Shown: positions 39,815 through 54,660 of the stretch, piece after piece
Layout: every line of letters begins with the position of its first letter
Numbering within the stretch: the first letter of the stretch is position 1
NCBI GenBank assembly: GCA_964016885.1
Contig: OZ024743.1
Coordinates: forward strand, 351,788,001-351,852,000
Direction: 5' to 3'
Length of the DNA stretch: 64,000 bases
Origin: Eledone cirrhosa
Lineage: Eukaryota
Translations under genes and position numbers: made by a program
Notes under the pieces: model-generated
Told to the model about the DNA's origin: nothing
Databases searched by the model: none
What the model saw: only the letters and a program-made list of their open reading frames with translations

Positions 39815-41228
39815 ATGTTGACTATGTGGAGACAGCCGTCTGCCATCCAGGCATATGCCAGGACTGCATACCAGTGTCACCGGCAACAAATCTCAGATGT
39901 ATGTAAAGCTGGAGGTTTGCTAGTGCACCCTTTTCCTCCAGAATTTCCAATGGTTGATAATACTGGAGTACATAGGTATACTACGCAGGCTTTCAAAGCT
40001 AAATCTGGTTTTCGGCCTGTTACTCATAACACTGCCAATAATAATGTTACACATACTAATTACCAAAGTGGACATCCAAGTTATAACAATTCGAACAGAA
40101 AAACAAAACAAGCGGCAGCCAATTTGTATTTATATGGGAAATTTAATGAGACTGATAATATTGAAGTGTTACTAGATCAAGTACATTTGCGATCATTAAC
40201 TGTACAAGATCTACCACAATTTTTGTCCAAGATGAATAATTTGCTTCATCATCAAATCGATCTTGATGTCCTTCTGAAAGATGATCGTTTTGACAAAGTC
40301 AGTAGTACTCTGCACAATAATGTACGGGCCCTAAGCCCAAGTAGTTTGTTACAATGTCTAGAAGCTTTATTTCAGATGAGCAACAAAGATATTTATCTGA
40401 TAGAATCACTAGAAAAACAGGTACAATGGCTTCTGTGGAAAATGTCCATTGGAAGTCTTATTAGAACGCTTGCTATACACAAGCAACACCAAGAGACACC
40501 ATTGCGGAAAAAACTTCTCTCAGAGACATTGGGTGTCATTGAAAAACGCTGGGTTGAGTTGTCGTGCCCCAAAGACCTGATTACATTGATGTATATTTTG
40601 GATGACAACAGTGACCATTTATTTTCCAAAGTAGAGACAAGGGCTTTTGATTTGGTTGAAAAAATGGATGTGAAAGAGTTGTATCGTGTAACTTACCTGC
40701 TGTCACGACGCAAGCATCGTAACACACCATTGATACGGGCTTTGATATATCACTTGAATAAAAGCTGCCTCAAGCTTAGTAATATGCATCTTGTCAACCT
40801 CCTTTATGCTTGCTGCAGCCTCAAAATTTATGATAACCATTTGCTGAATAAAATGTCCAACACTTTGGAAAAAAAGGTTCCCCATTTGGAGAGTAATGTT
40901 CTGCTATTTTCCGTTTTGACGTCTTTTTCCAAACTCCGTTGGCATCATACTCCAGTACTAGATGCTGTATTTAATAAGATTTTTGCTATTCAAGACCACC
41001 TTGGCCCTAAAGAAATATCACAAATTGTTATTAGCTTTTCTCATTTAGTCTACGACAATAAGGATATGGCAGCCATACTGCCTAATTTTATGTCTCGTCT
41101 TCACTCTTTCCGTGAACATGATCCAATGCAGTGGCTTGAAATAGTCTGGTGTTTAGCTGTTCTGAGACTTTGTGACCAAGAAACTGCTGCAACAGTATTG
41201 AATTCACATTTTCTCCATCACCTGGAAG
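39815..41228 (+). CDS. TBRG4: FASTKD-family mitochondrial RNA-binding protein (TBRG4/FASTKD4-like), large first coding exon
   Basis: Acceptor at 39798-39799 and likely start MLTMWRQ at 39815. Leucine-rich helical repeats; FAST_1-like WLEIVWCLAVL...VLN..F; donor G|GTATGT at 41229. Family call is firm, paralogue assignment tentative. Confidence 0.75.
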
Positions 41229-44199
41229 GTATGTTTTAAGAATTGTTTCTTAGTAGATCCTTGCCTTCGTTCAGTATTAGACAATTGTGCTGCTCACTTT
41301 CTGCTTCAGATTCTTAATTTGTATGTGTTTATTGGTAGGAAATTGACGGAGTCATTAGGGCATTGAGCAAAATGCATTGCAATATTTATTCCAGCTCTCT
41401 TCACTCTTGAGTTCATATCACTGCCTATGATTTTCAAATATAATCAAAAATCTGGAGGGATTTAGAAATATAACTAACTTTCTCATTATTAAACTAATGT
41501 TTGGAGCATAGCTTAACCCTTTAGCATTCGCATTACTCAATATGTATGATTGTATTTTCACAGTAAAGGCTTGACCTCACATAATATCAAATCTATGAGA
41601 TTTTGATATTATTTATTTTGAGAACAATACCTTAACATCAGTATGAGTAGCCAGTTACAACCAGTTTGAACAGAAAGAGGTGAGAGAATTCTGGTCGGAT
41701 ATGGCCGGTTTAAAGGGTTAAAGGATCTTACATAAATCGTGATGGAAGGTTTTTAGATAAATATAAACATTTTGGTATCAAAAAAGTTAATCCAGATAAT
41801 GGGGAAAAAAAACGTTTTGGTATTGTATTTAGTTTATCTGATAAGATTATTTACAATTATTTTTCTACATTCTTACGTTTCTAATCATTATTTTATTAGA
41901 ATAATTCTTTTATCCTATTTCTTTTTCGTTTGAAAAATGTTCTCTTGATATTTAACCATTTTGATACCAAATCACCTGAAACCACACCTGGTACTATGAT
42001 ACAAAATTGTTTTAAATTGTTTTAAAATGTTTATATTTATCTAAAGCCTGTATTCATAATTTTATGTAAGAACCTTTGTTAAGTAATGTTTCAAACACTC
42101 CAATTTCTTGATCATTTTCTAAATCATTCGAAAGTCATAGGCAGCATTTTTTATTAGATATCTGGTAACAAAAAATTAAAACACCATAAAGGTAGATTCT
42201 AAATGAACAGGTCCTGCAACTCAGTTTTGATTACAAATATAGCAATTTCATTTTTTTTTATGTTACTTATGCTCTTGAGTAAGGCATGAACATTCTATTA
42301 TCTCATTTTCTCTTAATTGCTTTGTGCCAACGTAACGAATCAATACTCTAATCTCAGTAGTGTGTGTTTTATTTGTTAGAAGAGCATGGGCAGATTTTTA
42401 ACTCTACTTTATAAACATATTATTTCTGAACTGTTTAGGTATATATTTTAAAAATTCAGCTTCATTGTAAATGTTTATACCATCCAGTAGATTTTACACC
42501 TTTTAAATATATCTTCAGTCTTCTGCTTTACATTAATTATATATATATATGAATTTTAATAATTGTTTAAGCACAAGTATGGCTATATGGTTAAGAATTA
42601 ATATAAACCATGTGTCCTTTCATGCAATTAGTTGATAATGTTGCAGGGAATACACTATGGGAAGAACTTTTTAATGTCCCAATACATCTAGGGATAGTTT
42701 CTGACCAGTTGCATCTGTTCATGCATGCATCATAGAGATACGTCTCAAAGCCTACTACATTAGAATGGAATGTTTATTATTTCAAATTTGACTTAAAGAC
42801 ATGATGGTAAATATTTGGGACATGCAGTTCCTAAATTGTAACAATAAAATCTGCTTTAATTGTACTGTACACTCTATAAAGGGGTTGGACTTCCAGCTAT
42901 AGAAACCATGCCAGACATAGAACATACGAGTGAGATGTGTTCCTCTGACCTGTCTAGGCAAGCAGTAACTTCAAATAAGAACTGATTCACACCATGATGA
43001 TCCATCCAAACTATACCAGCATAGAAAGCAGATGTAAAATGATGATAATGATGTGCCATCACATTAGCTTTGAGCTTGTGGAATTCACTGTGTACTCAGT
43101 GCAGAAAGAGAGTCAGTTTCAGTTGAAATATCAACAACAACACTGGTCTTTAATTGTATATGAAAGTGGAGACTGTTTCTTTCTTTGTAATATACTTTAC
43201 AATTGTATTAAAAACTGTGTGTTAAGAAATTTTGCTTTGCAATTGCATAGTTTTGAGTTTTATACCACTGTGTGGCAACTTGGGCAAATGCCTTCACCTA
43301 TAGTCTTAAACCAACCAAATCCTTGTTAGTGAAATTAGTTGATGGAAACTATATGAAGCCAATCACACATATATTACATATATGTGTGATCATTGTCATC
43401 ATTTAATGTCTTTTCCTTGCTAGCAAAGGTTCAACAGGTCAGTATTTAATCAGTCATTGATCTCTCAGCTGGGTCGAGACTTCATCTTGCTTCTACAGAG
43501 TGCGCTGTACATTTTATCATGGTACCAGCAGTAAGGAGGTTGTTGTGTCCTTCACATAACTGAAGAATCTTCTACTGTTTGTTTGACAGGTTTTCTATAG
43601 CTGGATGGCCTTCCTATCACTAACCACTTTACAGAGTGTACTGGGTGTGTTTTATGGCACCAGCACTAGGGAGGTTGTCAATTGAAGTGCCTTCTAAACC
43701 CTGTAGGCGAGAGAGACAGCAGGGTTTCTGGGGGATGATAAGTATGATGACATTGATAAGAAGCAATAAGTAGGAGGCCGGATGATAACAATATAATGTC
43801 AAGATTGTATTTTTCATAATACCAGCACTGCCATTTTACTGAGCATAGTGAGTGTACTTGATTGTGGCACTAGAGAGGTTGTCCAGATTGAAGACTCCTC
43901 TCTGTTTGCAGCACTGCAACCTCCGGTCTCTTACCACATTACTTTCAGACTCGCAGTGCTTGTATTAGTGGATAGATATTTTGTATTAACCCTTTAGCAT
44001 TTAAACCGGCTGTATCTGGCCATAATTCTTTCACTTTTTTATGTTCAAACTGGCTGTAACTGGCCACACGTACAGATGTTAATGTATTGTTCTCAAAATA
44101 AATAACATCAAAATCTCATAGATTCGATATTATGTGAGATAAAGCCTTTACCATGAAAATATAGAGAGTAATGTAAATGAAGATATTTTGTATTATGGC

Positions 44200-45455
44200 A
44201 TATTGTCAGTCAGCTCAGTCATGTTCATCTCCTTTGTGAAGCTCAGTTTCTTGAGATCATTCCTCACAGCTTCATCCCATATCTTCTTTTATCTCCCTCT
44301 TCTACAGGCTCCATCCACCTCAAACTTTCAGCACCTTTTTATACAACTCTTGCTCCCCTTATGCATCACATAACCGTATCTGTACAATTGTCATTCTTAC
44401 ATGCTACATTCAGTTCCTCTTATCCTCATCTTTTCTCTCAGCTCACTCATGCTCTATTGTAAATGTACATTAACACTACATCCAGCAAAGCATGGACATT
44501 TCATTTCATTTTAGCTGCTGCAGAACTTCTGCACTCAGAGCCCATGTTTCACTGCCACACAGCATAGCAGTTAGAACACAAGTATCATATAATCTGCCCT
44601 TTATTCTGAGAGAGAAGCCTTTTGTTGCCAGCAGAGGTAACAGCTCCCTGAATTTCTTCCACCCTGTTCTCACTCAGGTTACAACACTTTCAGAACATCC
44701 ACCTCCACAGCTATTGAGGTACCCTAGATAGCAACAGTTATCTATTACTTTAGTCACCCTTCAACTCATATGAGGGAGTTCATTGCCCGAGTACTCTTAC
44801 TGTTGACTACTCCTGTGCATCTGTCACATGGGGTCTGCCTTCTCTGTCAGGCTATCTGTTATTCCACTACATCTCTTGTATATCCACTGTCCACATTGGG
44901 TTCATTATAATTTTCAGAATATTGAGCTTGGTCATTTATCTGATAGTATCTGAGTCCTATCCTCTTTCGTAGTTACTAAAATTTTAGTCTTTGCTAAGTT
45001 TACTTTCAGGCCCTTTGATTCCAGATTTTGTTTTCATGTCTGGAACTTCTGCCTTAGTTCTTCTACAGTTTCTGCTATGATGGCAAAATATTCAGTATAC
45101 AGGAATTCCCATGGACATCAGGTCTTAATTTCCTTTGTTATGGTCTAGCAGACTATAATGAACTGATCCTTGGTGGATACCTACCTACATGCTAAATTCA
45201 TCACTGTACTCATTGTTAACCTTCACCTTGCTGACTACACTCTTGTATATGGCTTGTACGTCTCTCACAAGCTATTCATCTATCCCTAGCTTCCTGAGTG
45301 CTCACTAGTTTATAGAGCATGGGATTCTATCAAAGGCATTTTTCAAGCCAACAGATGCTAAGTATAGGGGGTTTTCTTAGTTAAGTACTTCTGCATTTGT
45401 CTCTAGGATGATGTCATCAGTAGTGCTTTTTCCTAGTATCAAGCCAAATTGCATG
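44200..45455 (-). mobile_element. Older, diverged relative of the PHD-in-RT RTE family
   Basis: Minus-strand remnants of WKKFRELLPLLATKGFSLRIKGRLYD, QCGQWIYKRCSGI, WEFLY and AFDRIP. Confidence 0.8.
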
Positions 45456-46953
45456 TGTGTGATAGGTGTTTATGTTCTTCAGAAAAAATAGCAGTTTCAC
45501 AAAACACCAGTGGCATGTGCCATACTATCATGAAAAACTGAACATAAAAACGATGATGGTAAGTACCGTACTTCTTGGCATCGAAGACGCTACTTTTTTC
45601 CTAAAATAAATCTCAAAAGTCTATCATGCGTCCTGTAGGCTGAAGGTTGTTTATTAAAATAAAGTACCAGTAATGCACTGGGTAATTGCTAGCCTTGTGC
45701 CAAAAGTAGAAACAATTATTTTCTTTTCAAAGGCGGTGGATTCGCAGTATCGGTAGAGAGTCGAACTCCATGCTTTGCAACATGGTGTTACGGCCTTTTA
45801 TGATCTGAGTTCAAATCCCACTGAGATTAACTTTGCCTTTCATCCTTACGGGGGTCGATAAAATAAAGTACCAGTAATGCACTGGGGTAATTGCTGGCCT
45901 TGACCCAAAAGTAGAAACAATTATTTTCTTTTCAAATTTTTGATGTCAAAATTAGGGTGCGTCCTTGAAGACGAAGCGTCTTCAATGCTGGGAAATATGG
46001 TAATTACTAATTGGTTTAATTTTTCTTTTGGCTAAAAGAAATACACAAGACAGTAAAGATAGACAATAAAAATATAAGTCTCTCCACTTATGTTTTTCTT
46101 TTTCTTTTATCATAGATATCAAGATTATTTACCTCTTGCTTATGATGATGATATAGTGATATAGTTTGTCCATGCTTGTATTCTTTAGAGGGATTTGTTT
46201 GGCGACAACTGTTAATATATCTGTACAATTTGCACTAAAATATTTGTATTTGAAGTGAACATTTTACAATCATTAATGGCTAATTTCAGTTGAATCAAAT
46301 TTTATTTTATTTGAATTTGAGCTTATTTCTCTGTATAATTTTCAAAATAATCACTTATCTCCTTACTTAAATAACAGCCACATTTCCCTCAAATCAGACT
46401 AATTATCATAAAACACGAAGGACAGTGCCATTGGATAGTGCTGGTCTATATGCACTATGTCTAAAGAAAAAAGCTAAGCTGGCCACAGTAAGCACACCTT
46501 TTATCGTCAGTCTGCACATTTGGAGCAGACCTATATAAATATATTATGTTAGTAATAGTATAACAATTAATATAATAAATACATCCCTATATATATTTTA
46601 ATAAATATAGGGATGTATTTATAATATTATTTGATGCATCTGACTTCACTTAAACTTATGTTGAAATTTTCTTTTGAGTTTTGTTTACCTGTTAAATGCA
46701 TCTAGGAAATAATAGAAAACTTATCTTCCCTTCCTCATCTTTTAGATGATATACAGAAACTGGTTTTCTAGAAGATAACATATGTTCCATGGCTTTGCTT
46801 GGTCATGTTTTCATATTCTTCAGTTGAATCATTATTTTTAGTAGCAACTGAGACCTCTATAAATTGTTTTGATCATACTACTGTTAAATATTTATGCTTT
46901 GTCTTTTGTTTTTTTGCTGACAGCAGATTTCATTTCCTCTTTGTAATGGTTAG

Positions 46954-47084
46954 GTTTGGATCCCTTCCGGAAAACCCTTGGCCAGCTACGGTTACTAAAT
47001 ATTGCAGCTGCTGTTCAACATGACCTTATCTCCTACAATGGACCATTGATTCCACATGATTTTATTGATAAAGTGCACCTGAAG
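46954..47084 (+). CDS. TBRG4: FASTKD/TBRG4-like exon (FAST_2 region)
   Basis: ttAG|GTTTGGAT...CTGAAG|GTgaaa; LRLLNIAAAVQHDLISYNGPLIP resembles recalled TBRG4 [22 protein letters not shown]. Phase 1 start matches the previous exon. Confidence 0.8.
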
Positions 47085-47692
47085 GTGAAATACATTTTAT
47101 TTGCTACTCTATGCATACATACGCAAGTTCACACAAACATTAGGGAGAATAACTGAGGTTATGGTATTCAACTAGCATGTACATTGTCATTGATTTTTTT
47201 TCCTCATCTAGTCAGCTGATAGATGAAAGGTTGCACCCCTTTTACATAGTTTAATGCTTTGTATTATGAAGGACATGCAAATGCCTTACCATTCAGGCTA
47301 TTCTTTGAACATGGGCATAAAATAGTGGAAAGAAATCTGAACACACACAAACACCCCAGAAAAGCAGACATGGCAAATTGACAAAATGTTTAGGATGTGG
47401 AATTAAATCCATGGTCAACTTTGCCTTTCAGGGTTGATAAAGTGTCAGTGCAGAGATGGTGGTTTGGTGAAACTGTTAAAGAATCAGTTCAGATGCTTTG
47501 TGGTATCTAATCTGGCTCTGGGGGTTCTGACTTCAAATCCTGCTTCTTTCTGCCAGAAATTGCAACCAGCAAATAATATCTGCAATAAAAAGACCAATAA
47601 AAATATATTTTCCTTAATCCGACCTGATAATCAGTTTCTTTCCTTTCATTTATAATAATAGTTTTGTTTTATCTCTTTTCTTACATTTCCAG

Positions 47693-47810
47693 GCTCTCTC
47701 CCGTTCTCAACATGGTTTGGCTATATCCGTAACAACTGCTCTCTCCAATTTTGCCCCATTGAACAAATTTGTCAGGACTGATGTGATAACACCATATGGT
47801 TATATACTTG
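47693..47810 (+). CDS. TBRG4: FASTKD/TBRG4-like exon
   Basis: ttccAG|GCTCTC...ATACTTG|GTttgt; ALSRSQHGLAISVTTALSNFAPLNKFVRTDVITPYGYIL(D). Confidence 0.8.
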
Positions 47811-48849
47811 GTTTGTAACAATTTCTAAGATTTCTTTCTTGCGTGTACATTTCAAGAATCTAAAATTCAGTTTTTGTAAATTTTTAAGCATTTTTTAATA
47901 TTATTTTTTTTCTTTTATTTATAGTGAAAGAAATTATTTTATAGTTGTATGCTCTCCTTAATATTAATTCTTCATTTGGGAAATAGTAATAACATCCATT
48001 TCTTAGGTAGATTAATGTGCTTTGCTTGTATAAGCAATAGCAAGGTTTCAATATATGACTGAGGTCACTAGATCACCAACATTATTCACGTTGTTTCTAT
48101 TACCATCATTATCATCATCACCTCCACCACCATCAACATCCCAATTTTTCTATGCTGGTATGAGTTGGACAAAACTTTATGAGGCAAGCGTGCCCTTTTG
48201 GTCATCTCTTGTGACACACAGTGATACAATGTATCTATTCTGACAACTGGTATAGACATAGTTTCTATCATCCATGTTGATTTATTTCCAATGTAGTGAT
48301 TTTCTAAGTAAGATTTTGTTTATCTTAATTTGGAAAAAAATCCTAGTGTTTTCAAGTTTGATACCCTATATCTGATAGGTCAAATTATATCCTTCAGTTG
48401 ATAAATAAGTATCATTGATTCCACATAGAATAAAGTGTATGGATAGTATTGATGCTCAGCATTTGTAGCTAACAGAAAAAACTTAATTATCATTGCCAAT
48501 ATCTCAGTTCAGTTTTGTGGATTACCTTGGATGGCGTAAATAATTGAAAGAATTAAGGTGAACCCAATATATTTGGTTTTACAAAATGTTATCAGAGTTA
48601 GATTGTTAATGTATTCCTAATTAGGTCTGGGAGGACTCTTCAATTGTGTCAAAGATATAACAACCTCTCTAGTGGTGGTGCCATGATAAAATGCACCTTG
48701 TGTACTCAGTAGAGTGTAATAACATATTAAGCAAAATGCAGGTCCCCAACTCATCTGAGAGGTCAGTTGCTCTGATTACGTGCTAACCTGTCCAACCCTT
48801 GCTGGCAGGAAAAGCAAACGCTAAATAATGAGGATGATCTTGTAATGAT

Positions 48850-51800
48850 TTAATAATAATGAAATTGTTGTGTAAAGTGCTCAGGTGCACTACAACTCAT
48901 CAAAGGTGCATGTATAGTACATAGAATAATATACAAATGTCAGGGAAGTGAATAGTGTACGAGTCATGATATACATGTGTGTATGTGTATGGAGGGGGAA
49001 TATTAGGTATAGCGTTGGCGGATCTCAGGAAGCATGGAGGTTTTAAAGGATGCAGTGTTTCGACAGCTAACAACTGATGCAGGTAGTTTGTTCCATGCTT
49101 CAGCAACCCTGAGCGTGAAAAAATGTTTCCGAAAGTCATGGGAACTGTGCTGTTTTCTGACTTTGTGGACATGCCCACGTGTGTTAGACACATGGAAATC
49201 AAAAAGGTACTCGGTTGTTGTTGGCAAGATGGTTAATAATTTTGTGGGTGTTTGCCAGACGTCGGAGCTTCAATGTATCCATGCCCAGGGAAGCAAGGCA
49301 TTCAGAGTATGGTAGATGCCTGATGGAGGGTATTCGCTTGGTTGCACGTCTCTGAACAGTTTCCAGGCGGTCAATGTTCTGAGCAAGATAGGAGTTCCAG
49401 ACTGGTGATGCAAATTCTAAGTGTGGCCACGCCACAGCTTTAAATAGATAGCTGGAGAGCAGCTGACAAAGGTCTTGCAGAGTGATGCTAAGATGCCTCG
49501 GCCTTCTTGACAATTTTAGAGACGTGCTTCGTCCAATGCAAATCGCTGCTGACCGTAATGCCCAGGTCACGTTCACAAGAAGACTTCTTGATATTAGTGT
49601 TGTGGAGGGAGTATGTGGACGCTGGGTTTTTACTCCCAAAATGCATGGTGGTGCACTTGTCCACAGCTAGCTTGAGTTGCCAGTCTGTGATCCATAGTTG
49701 CATTGTGTCCAGGTCAGATTGCAGGCAAGATCTATAGTGTTCAGGATCTGTCCTTTTTATCTCAAGGTACAGCTTGATGTCATCTGCATATGTCAGTACT
49801 GTGGCATTCTTTAAGTTGGCATCTATGTCATTAATATATGCCACAAACAAAAGGGGGCCAAGAACAGATCCCTGTGGTACACCAGATGACATCTCATATG
49901 GTGAGGAATGCTGTCCCAGAACCATGACTACCTCTCTTCGACCAGTTAAAAAGATCATCTTTCACACACATTGCAGAGAGTTTTGCCATAATCCTTTTGT
50001 GTGACACAGAATTGAAAGCTTTAGCAAAGTCAAGGTAAACAACATCCACCCATGAGCCACCATCAGTGATCCAGGTGATGTCTTCAAGAAACTCGATAAG
50101 TTGATTACAGCAGTTGGAGTTAGGGATAAATCCAAATTGCAAGGGCTGATAAGACTGTGAAAGTTCCAAAGTGTTTCTCTGACACAGGATTCCATCAGTT
50201 TGGCAATGCAACTAGTAAGACTGACTGGATGATAGTTCACAGGTGATGTGTGGTCACCCTTTTTGAACAGATGAATGACACTGGCAGTTTTCCACTGTTC
50301 TGGAATAGCACTATTGTTCAGACAGAATTGGAAGAAGCGTGATAGCTGGTGCAGAAGGAAGTACCCACCACGTTTAAGAAGCAGGTACGTAACACCAAGA
50401 CCAGGAGAGGCATGGTTGCGTTTATTTTTAAGGTGACATCGCAGCATTGCAGGTGTAAATTCCATAGTTGTAATAGAATCCGGTCTCATAGGTGGTGGAG
50501 ACGGTACACTCTGGTCTTCAATAGTGAAAATGCCTGCATAGCATTCAGCAATGAGCTCTGCGCATTCTTTGGGGTCGTCAGTAACCTGGCTTGTGTGGGG
50601 ATTGCGAAGAGGACCAACTGGAGAGGGAGGCCTCTGCTTTGAGTGAACATACTTCCAGAACACCTTACTGTCAGGGCTGGTTGCTATGCGCTGCTCAAAT
50701 TGTAGCACTGTCTTTTTTGTCACCTGTTTGAGATGGTTGGATGATTTATTTCGCCTCTTCCTATTGATATCTGATTTATGCAGTTTGTACTCACGTTTAG
50801 AATTACGACGTTCTTTTCTGGCAAGACAGACTGCTGCAGTCTCCCAAATTATACTTTTGGGATGTTTTTTTCTGCTTACATGACACCAATACTGCACATG
50901 CTGTCCATATTGAGCTCAGGATGTTCTGGAGTACAGTGTTGACATCTCCAGAGTCGTATAACTCAAGCCAGTTTGGACGTTGCAACTCGGTGCAGTAACA
51001 GTTCCAGTCAAAGTGAGTAGTTTGGAGATGATTGTGGTTTTTGTTACTGCCCATGAGGGATAGATTGGCAATGATCAGAGCATGATCAGCAGTAACACTA
51101 ATAACCGTTTCAGGAGTAGTGGTGAAGAGTAGGTCCAAAGTGTTGTCACCTCTTGTTGGGGCGGTGACTACTTGGGACCAATTTGAGTCCAGCACTAGCT
51201 CAAGTCATTTGCACTTGGCAGCCAACGAAAAGTTTCCCAGTCAATCTCAGGGTGATTGAAGTCCCCTGTAATAAAAACATAAGTGGCTGTTTTCCTGGCA
51301 GCAACTCTGAGGATATCACAAAGTTGAGTGTCCTGATGGTAATTTGGAGGACGGTAAACAACTCCAAGTAGCAGTGTAGACATGGTCATATGTATATTGC
51401 AGAAAAATACTTCCTGCTGCAATTGGTTCAAATCAACACAAGGAATTGCCGACAAATTTGACTGAACGTAGACCATTACACCACCAGCACCACCACAATT
51501 AATGCGGTCTTTACGAAACAAGTTGTAGCCAGTTAAGCTGAAAACCCCATCACAGAGTAAGGAATATGCCCAAGTTTCCGTGACTAATGAAGTCAGGGTT
51601 GATATTTTTGACGTAGGAGTCAAAAAGATGAATCTTATTGCATAGACTATGTGCATTCAAGGACAACAATTTGTACCTTGATTCCAGTCTGTGATTATGT
51701 GCAGGGGATGGCAGGTTGTTCTGATTTAGTTTCCCAGAGTTTTTTCAGTTTTTTATTGTCAGTTCTTGTGGGTACAGTGTTTTCAGACCAGCTGGTATCT

Positions 51801-52900
51801 CTTTTCTATGTTTCACCAGCCTTAACAAACTTCCATATCTGCCCATCATCACGTAGGCTGAAGCTTTCATATTCTGCCGAACTGCGGGTTAAGGAAGTTG
51901 CAGCATGCAGCTTTGGGCGGACATCAAGTGGAAGACCAGGGCGTGTTCGGAAAGTAATCCGACTTTCACGCCTAACTTTATCAGTGGCTACAAGGTATGA
52001 ACGTGCCTCAGTTGAGTTTGAAAAAGACAGTCTAATGAGCCTGGGTTTCGAACCTGGTTGGCCAAGGCGTAGAGCACCCTTCGCGGGAGCACAGCCCAAA
52101 TCTTTGGATGAACTGGCAGCAAATGCCTGAAGATCAACTATGCCTTCTGGTACATCAATGGCAATCACTTCGTGGTTTGCAGATTCAGTAGCATTCTCAA
52201 TGTGTCTAGGTTCGACAAGAGGTACGCAGAGATTTTTTAACAAGGTACTCCGGTGAGGTTCTACTCGAACGCTTGATTTTATTCCCCCTATTTCTCGGCT
52301 TAAAGCGGAAATCATTTGCCGTATTTCCTCAAACTCCGTATTGACGGTCGATTTTTGTTGTTGTTCTCCTTCAACAGGCATGGTAAGGGAAGACACAGTT
52401 GTCGGTTGTTGTTATTAAAAAGTAACGGGGGAGGAAGACATGGGTTGCTGTTGTTGATGAAGTCCTTCAATGGGGGTCGTTGGTTTTTTGGTTTTTGGTT
52501 TTTGCTGTTGTTCAGGAACAATGGTAGAGGAAGACACAATCTTTGGTTTTTGTTGTTGTTGTTCAGCAGCAATGGTAGAGGCAGACACACAAGCCAGGCA
52601 CTGAAAGGACCAATTTGGTAGCTGGACCATTTCCCAGAGCCCATCCATCATAGAAGTATGGTGTCTCTTTTTCTGACCCGGGATCTTTCGAAAGTTTGTG
52701 GCACATTGAAGGCAAACAGAAACACAACATTTGTCACATTCGATCCATCGATTTCAGAAGGAGTTCTCTGATTCTGTACATAGATGACAGATGTGATTTT
52801 CTGGGCAATGTTCTATTTTGGAACATCGCCCAGTTTTATTGCACACTTCATCCATGGATGTCACAATAGTTATTTTGTCCTGTCTGTCCATCCGTACAGT
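48850..52900 (-). mobile_element. CR1-clade LINE, near full length, decayed
   Basis: ORF2: APE (VTETW, VYRPP, TGDFNHP, NTLDL), RT (YLDFAKAF, SGVPQGSVLGPLLF, YADDIK, ERDLG) and the CR1 C-terminus TRGH..K..RKHFFTLRV..WNKLP. ORF1 (about 52855-51806) has PHD-like CHLC..WIECDKC..CLQC..FQCLAC. (ATT)n-like tail at about 48850; ends approximate. Confidence 0.9.
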
Positions 52901-54405
52901 AGAACAAAATGTAAATGTAAACAAATAAATATGCTGCTTAAGTTTAGCACATTTGTTAACGAGATAAATGTTTGTTTATGTTTTGTTTTTGTATTTCTGT
53001 TTCTGTGTTCCTATGTATTATGTGTGTGGGTATGCAAAAAGATCTGCACATGAATATATAATTATATATATATAATTAAAATGTGTATGTGGGTTAGAAG
53101 CGAAGTCAATGTTCAGAAAGATTTTACAAATGTACGTAAGATTGGCCGGTATCACACAAAATAGTGTGGTTTCTTTTCACTTGTGTGTGGTATGTATCTG
53201 TATATAAATCTGTGTGTATATTGTTTATAAATTTTGTGAAGTACTTACTGCGATTCCTAAGGGATGTAGTGATTTTTTTTTTTTTCCCCGTCCATGTCCA
53301 CACGTGGTTTATTGGTGAAAATCAAATCAAGTCAAATATACTTCGTTAAAATAATTCTATGTTGAAGCTGGTACTAGTTGTCAGGGAACAGTCAAAGTAT
53401 TTGTAATAATGAATATTGTAATCCATTTGACATGTGTTTAAAGGGCAGTTTTTGGTGAAAACATATTTTGTTTGGTCAAGACGTGGTCAAACGTCCTTCC
53501 TTGTCGCCATTTAGTAGAAAATATCTAAAAACAGGTTTGTTGAATCAAATGTTTATAGTATCGTTACTAGTGGATAGATTGTTTGTGAAAATTTGCAGCA
53601 AACTAAAGACTTCAATTTTCAATGTCATTCAGTCACAGTGCTGGTTGATACTTTTTGAGAATGTCTTTCTAATGCATATTTATATGGTATACAATGTTAA
53701 GTGTTTAGTAAGGAGAATAAATAGATTTTTCAATAATTTAAGTGTGTGATGAAGGTGCAAGACTGGAGGTTTCCAAGCTATGTATTGTAACACTTCAGTG
53801 TAGCACCACCAATCTCTAGGTGTGTCGCAGAATTATGTGAAATCTGACAAATTCTTATAAATATTTAGTTGTGAAGTATATTATTTGAGATCTGACAACA
53901 GTGTGTACAATTAGGAATGTGACTGAATGGTTTTGACATGATTTCGATCAGCAGAACAGTCTTCATGAAATTAATGTGTACGTAGCTGAGCATTCCACAT
54001 ACACATGTACCTATAACATAATTCTAGGAAAATTCAGCATGATACTGTATAAGTCAGAGTTCTCAAACTTTTTGCCCCCCCCCCCCCCCCCCCCCCTCAC
54101 AGCCACATAATACCCTCAGTGCCTCTCAACCCTATTTCCAGAGGTTTGTCATAAGACATTAGGAGGATACATAATGTGGGAAGTAAGCATAAGTATCAAC
54201 ATTTATATAAAAAAAGATAGCAAAGGTGGAAGAAGCATATGAGAAATATGAGCATATAAATACAATAAAATTAGGAGCAGCTAAAAGCATGAAAATTAAA
54301 AAAAATTAAAAAATTTATAATGTATTTCAGCTCTGTGATATACTTGTTAATTTACATTGAGCTATTCTCATACTTGTAATTGGATGATATTTGATATTAC
54401 CCACT

Positions 54406-54443
<38 letters not shown>

Positions 54444-54601
54444 GGGTGTTGAGAAGGTCCAGGAGGGCGCTGGGGCCTAGAAGGTGCTAAAAATAATACA
54501 ATAGTATATTAAATATCAAATGATACATATTATATGTTAATATAGTAAAATAAAAAATATACATTTATTTATACATAGTATATATTATAATTGTATCTAT
54601 G

Positions 54602-54660
<59 letters not shown>

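Noticed and set aside
53746-53847. Possible C/D box snoRNA (GTGATGA ... CTGA) in a FASTKD intron; vertebrate TBRG4 hosts snoRNAs
   Set aside because: Only a 2-bp terminal stem and no rRNA guide that I can recognise. Such boxes arise by chance; snoScan or small-RNA data would be needed.
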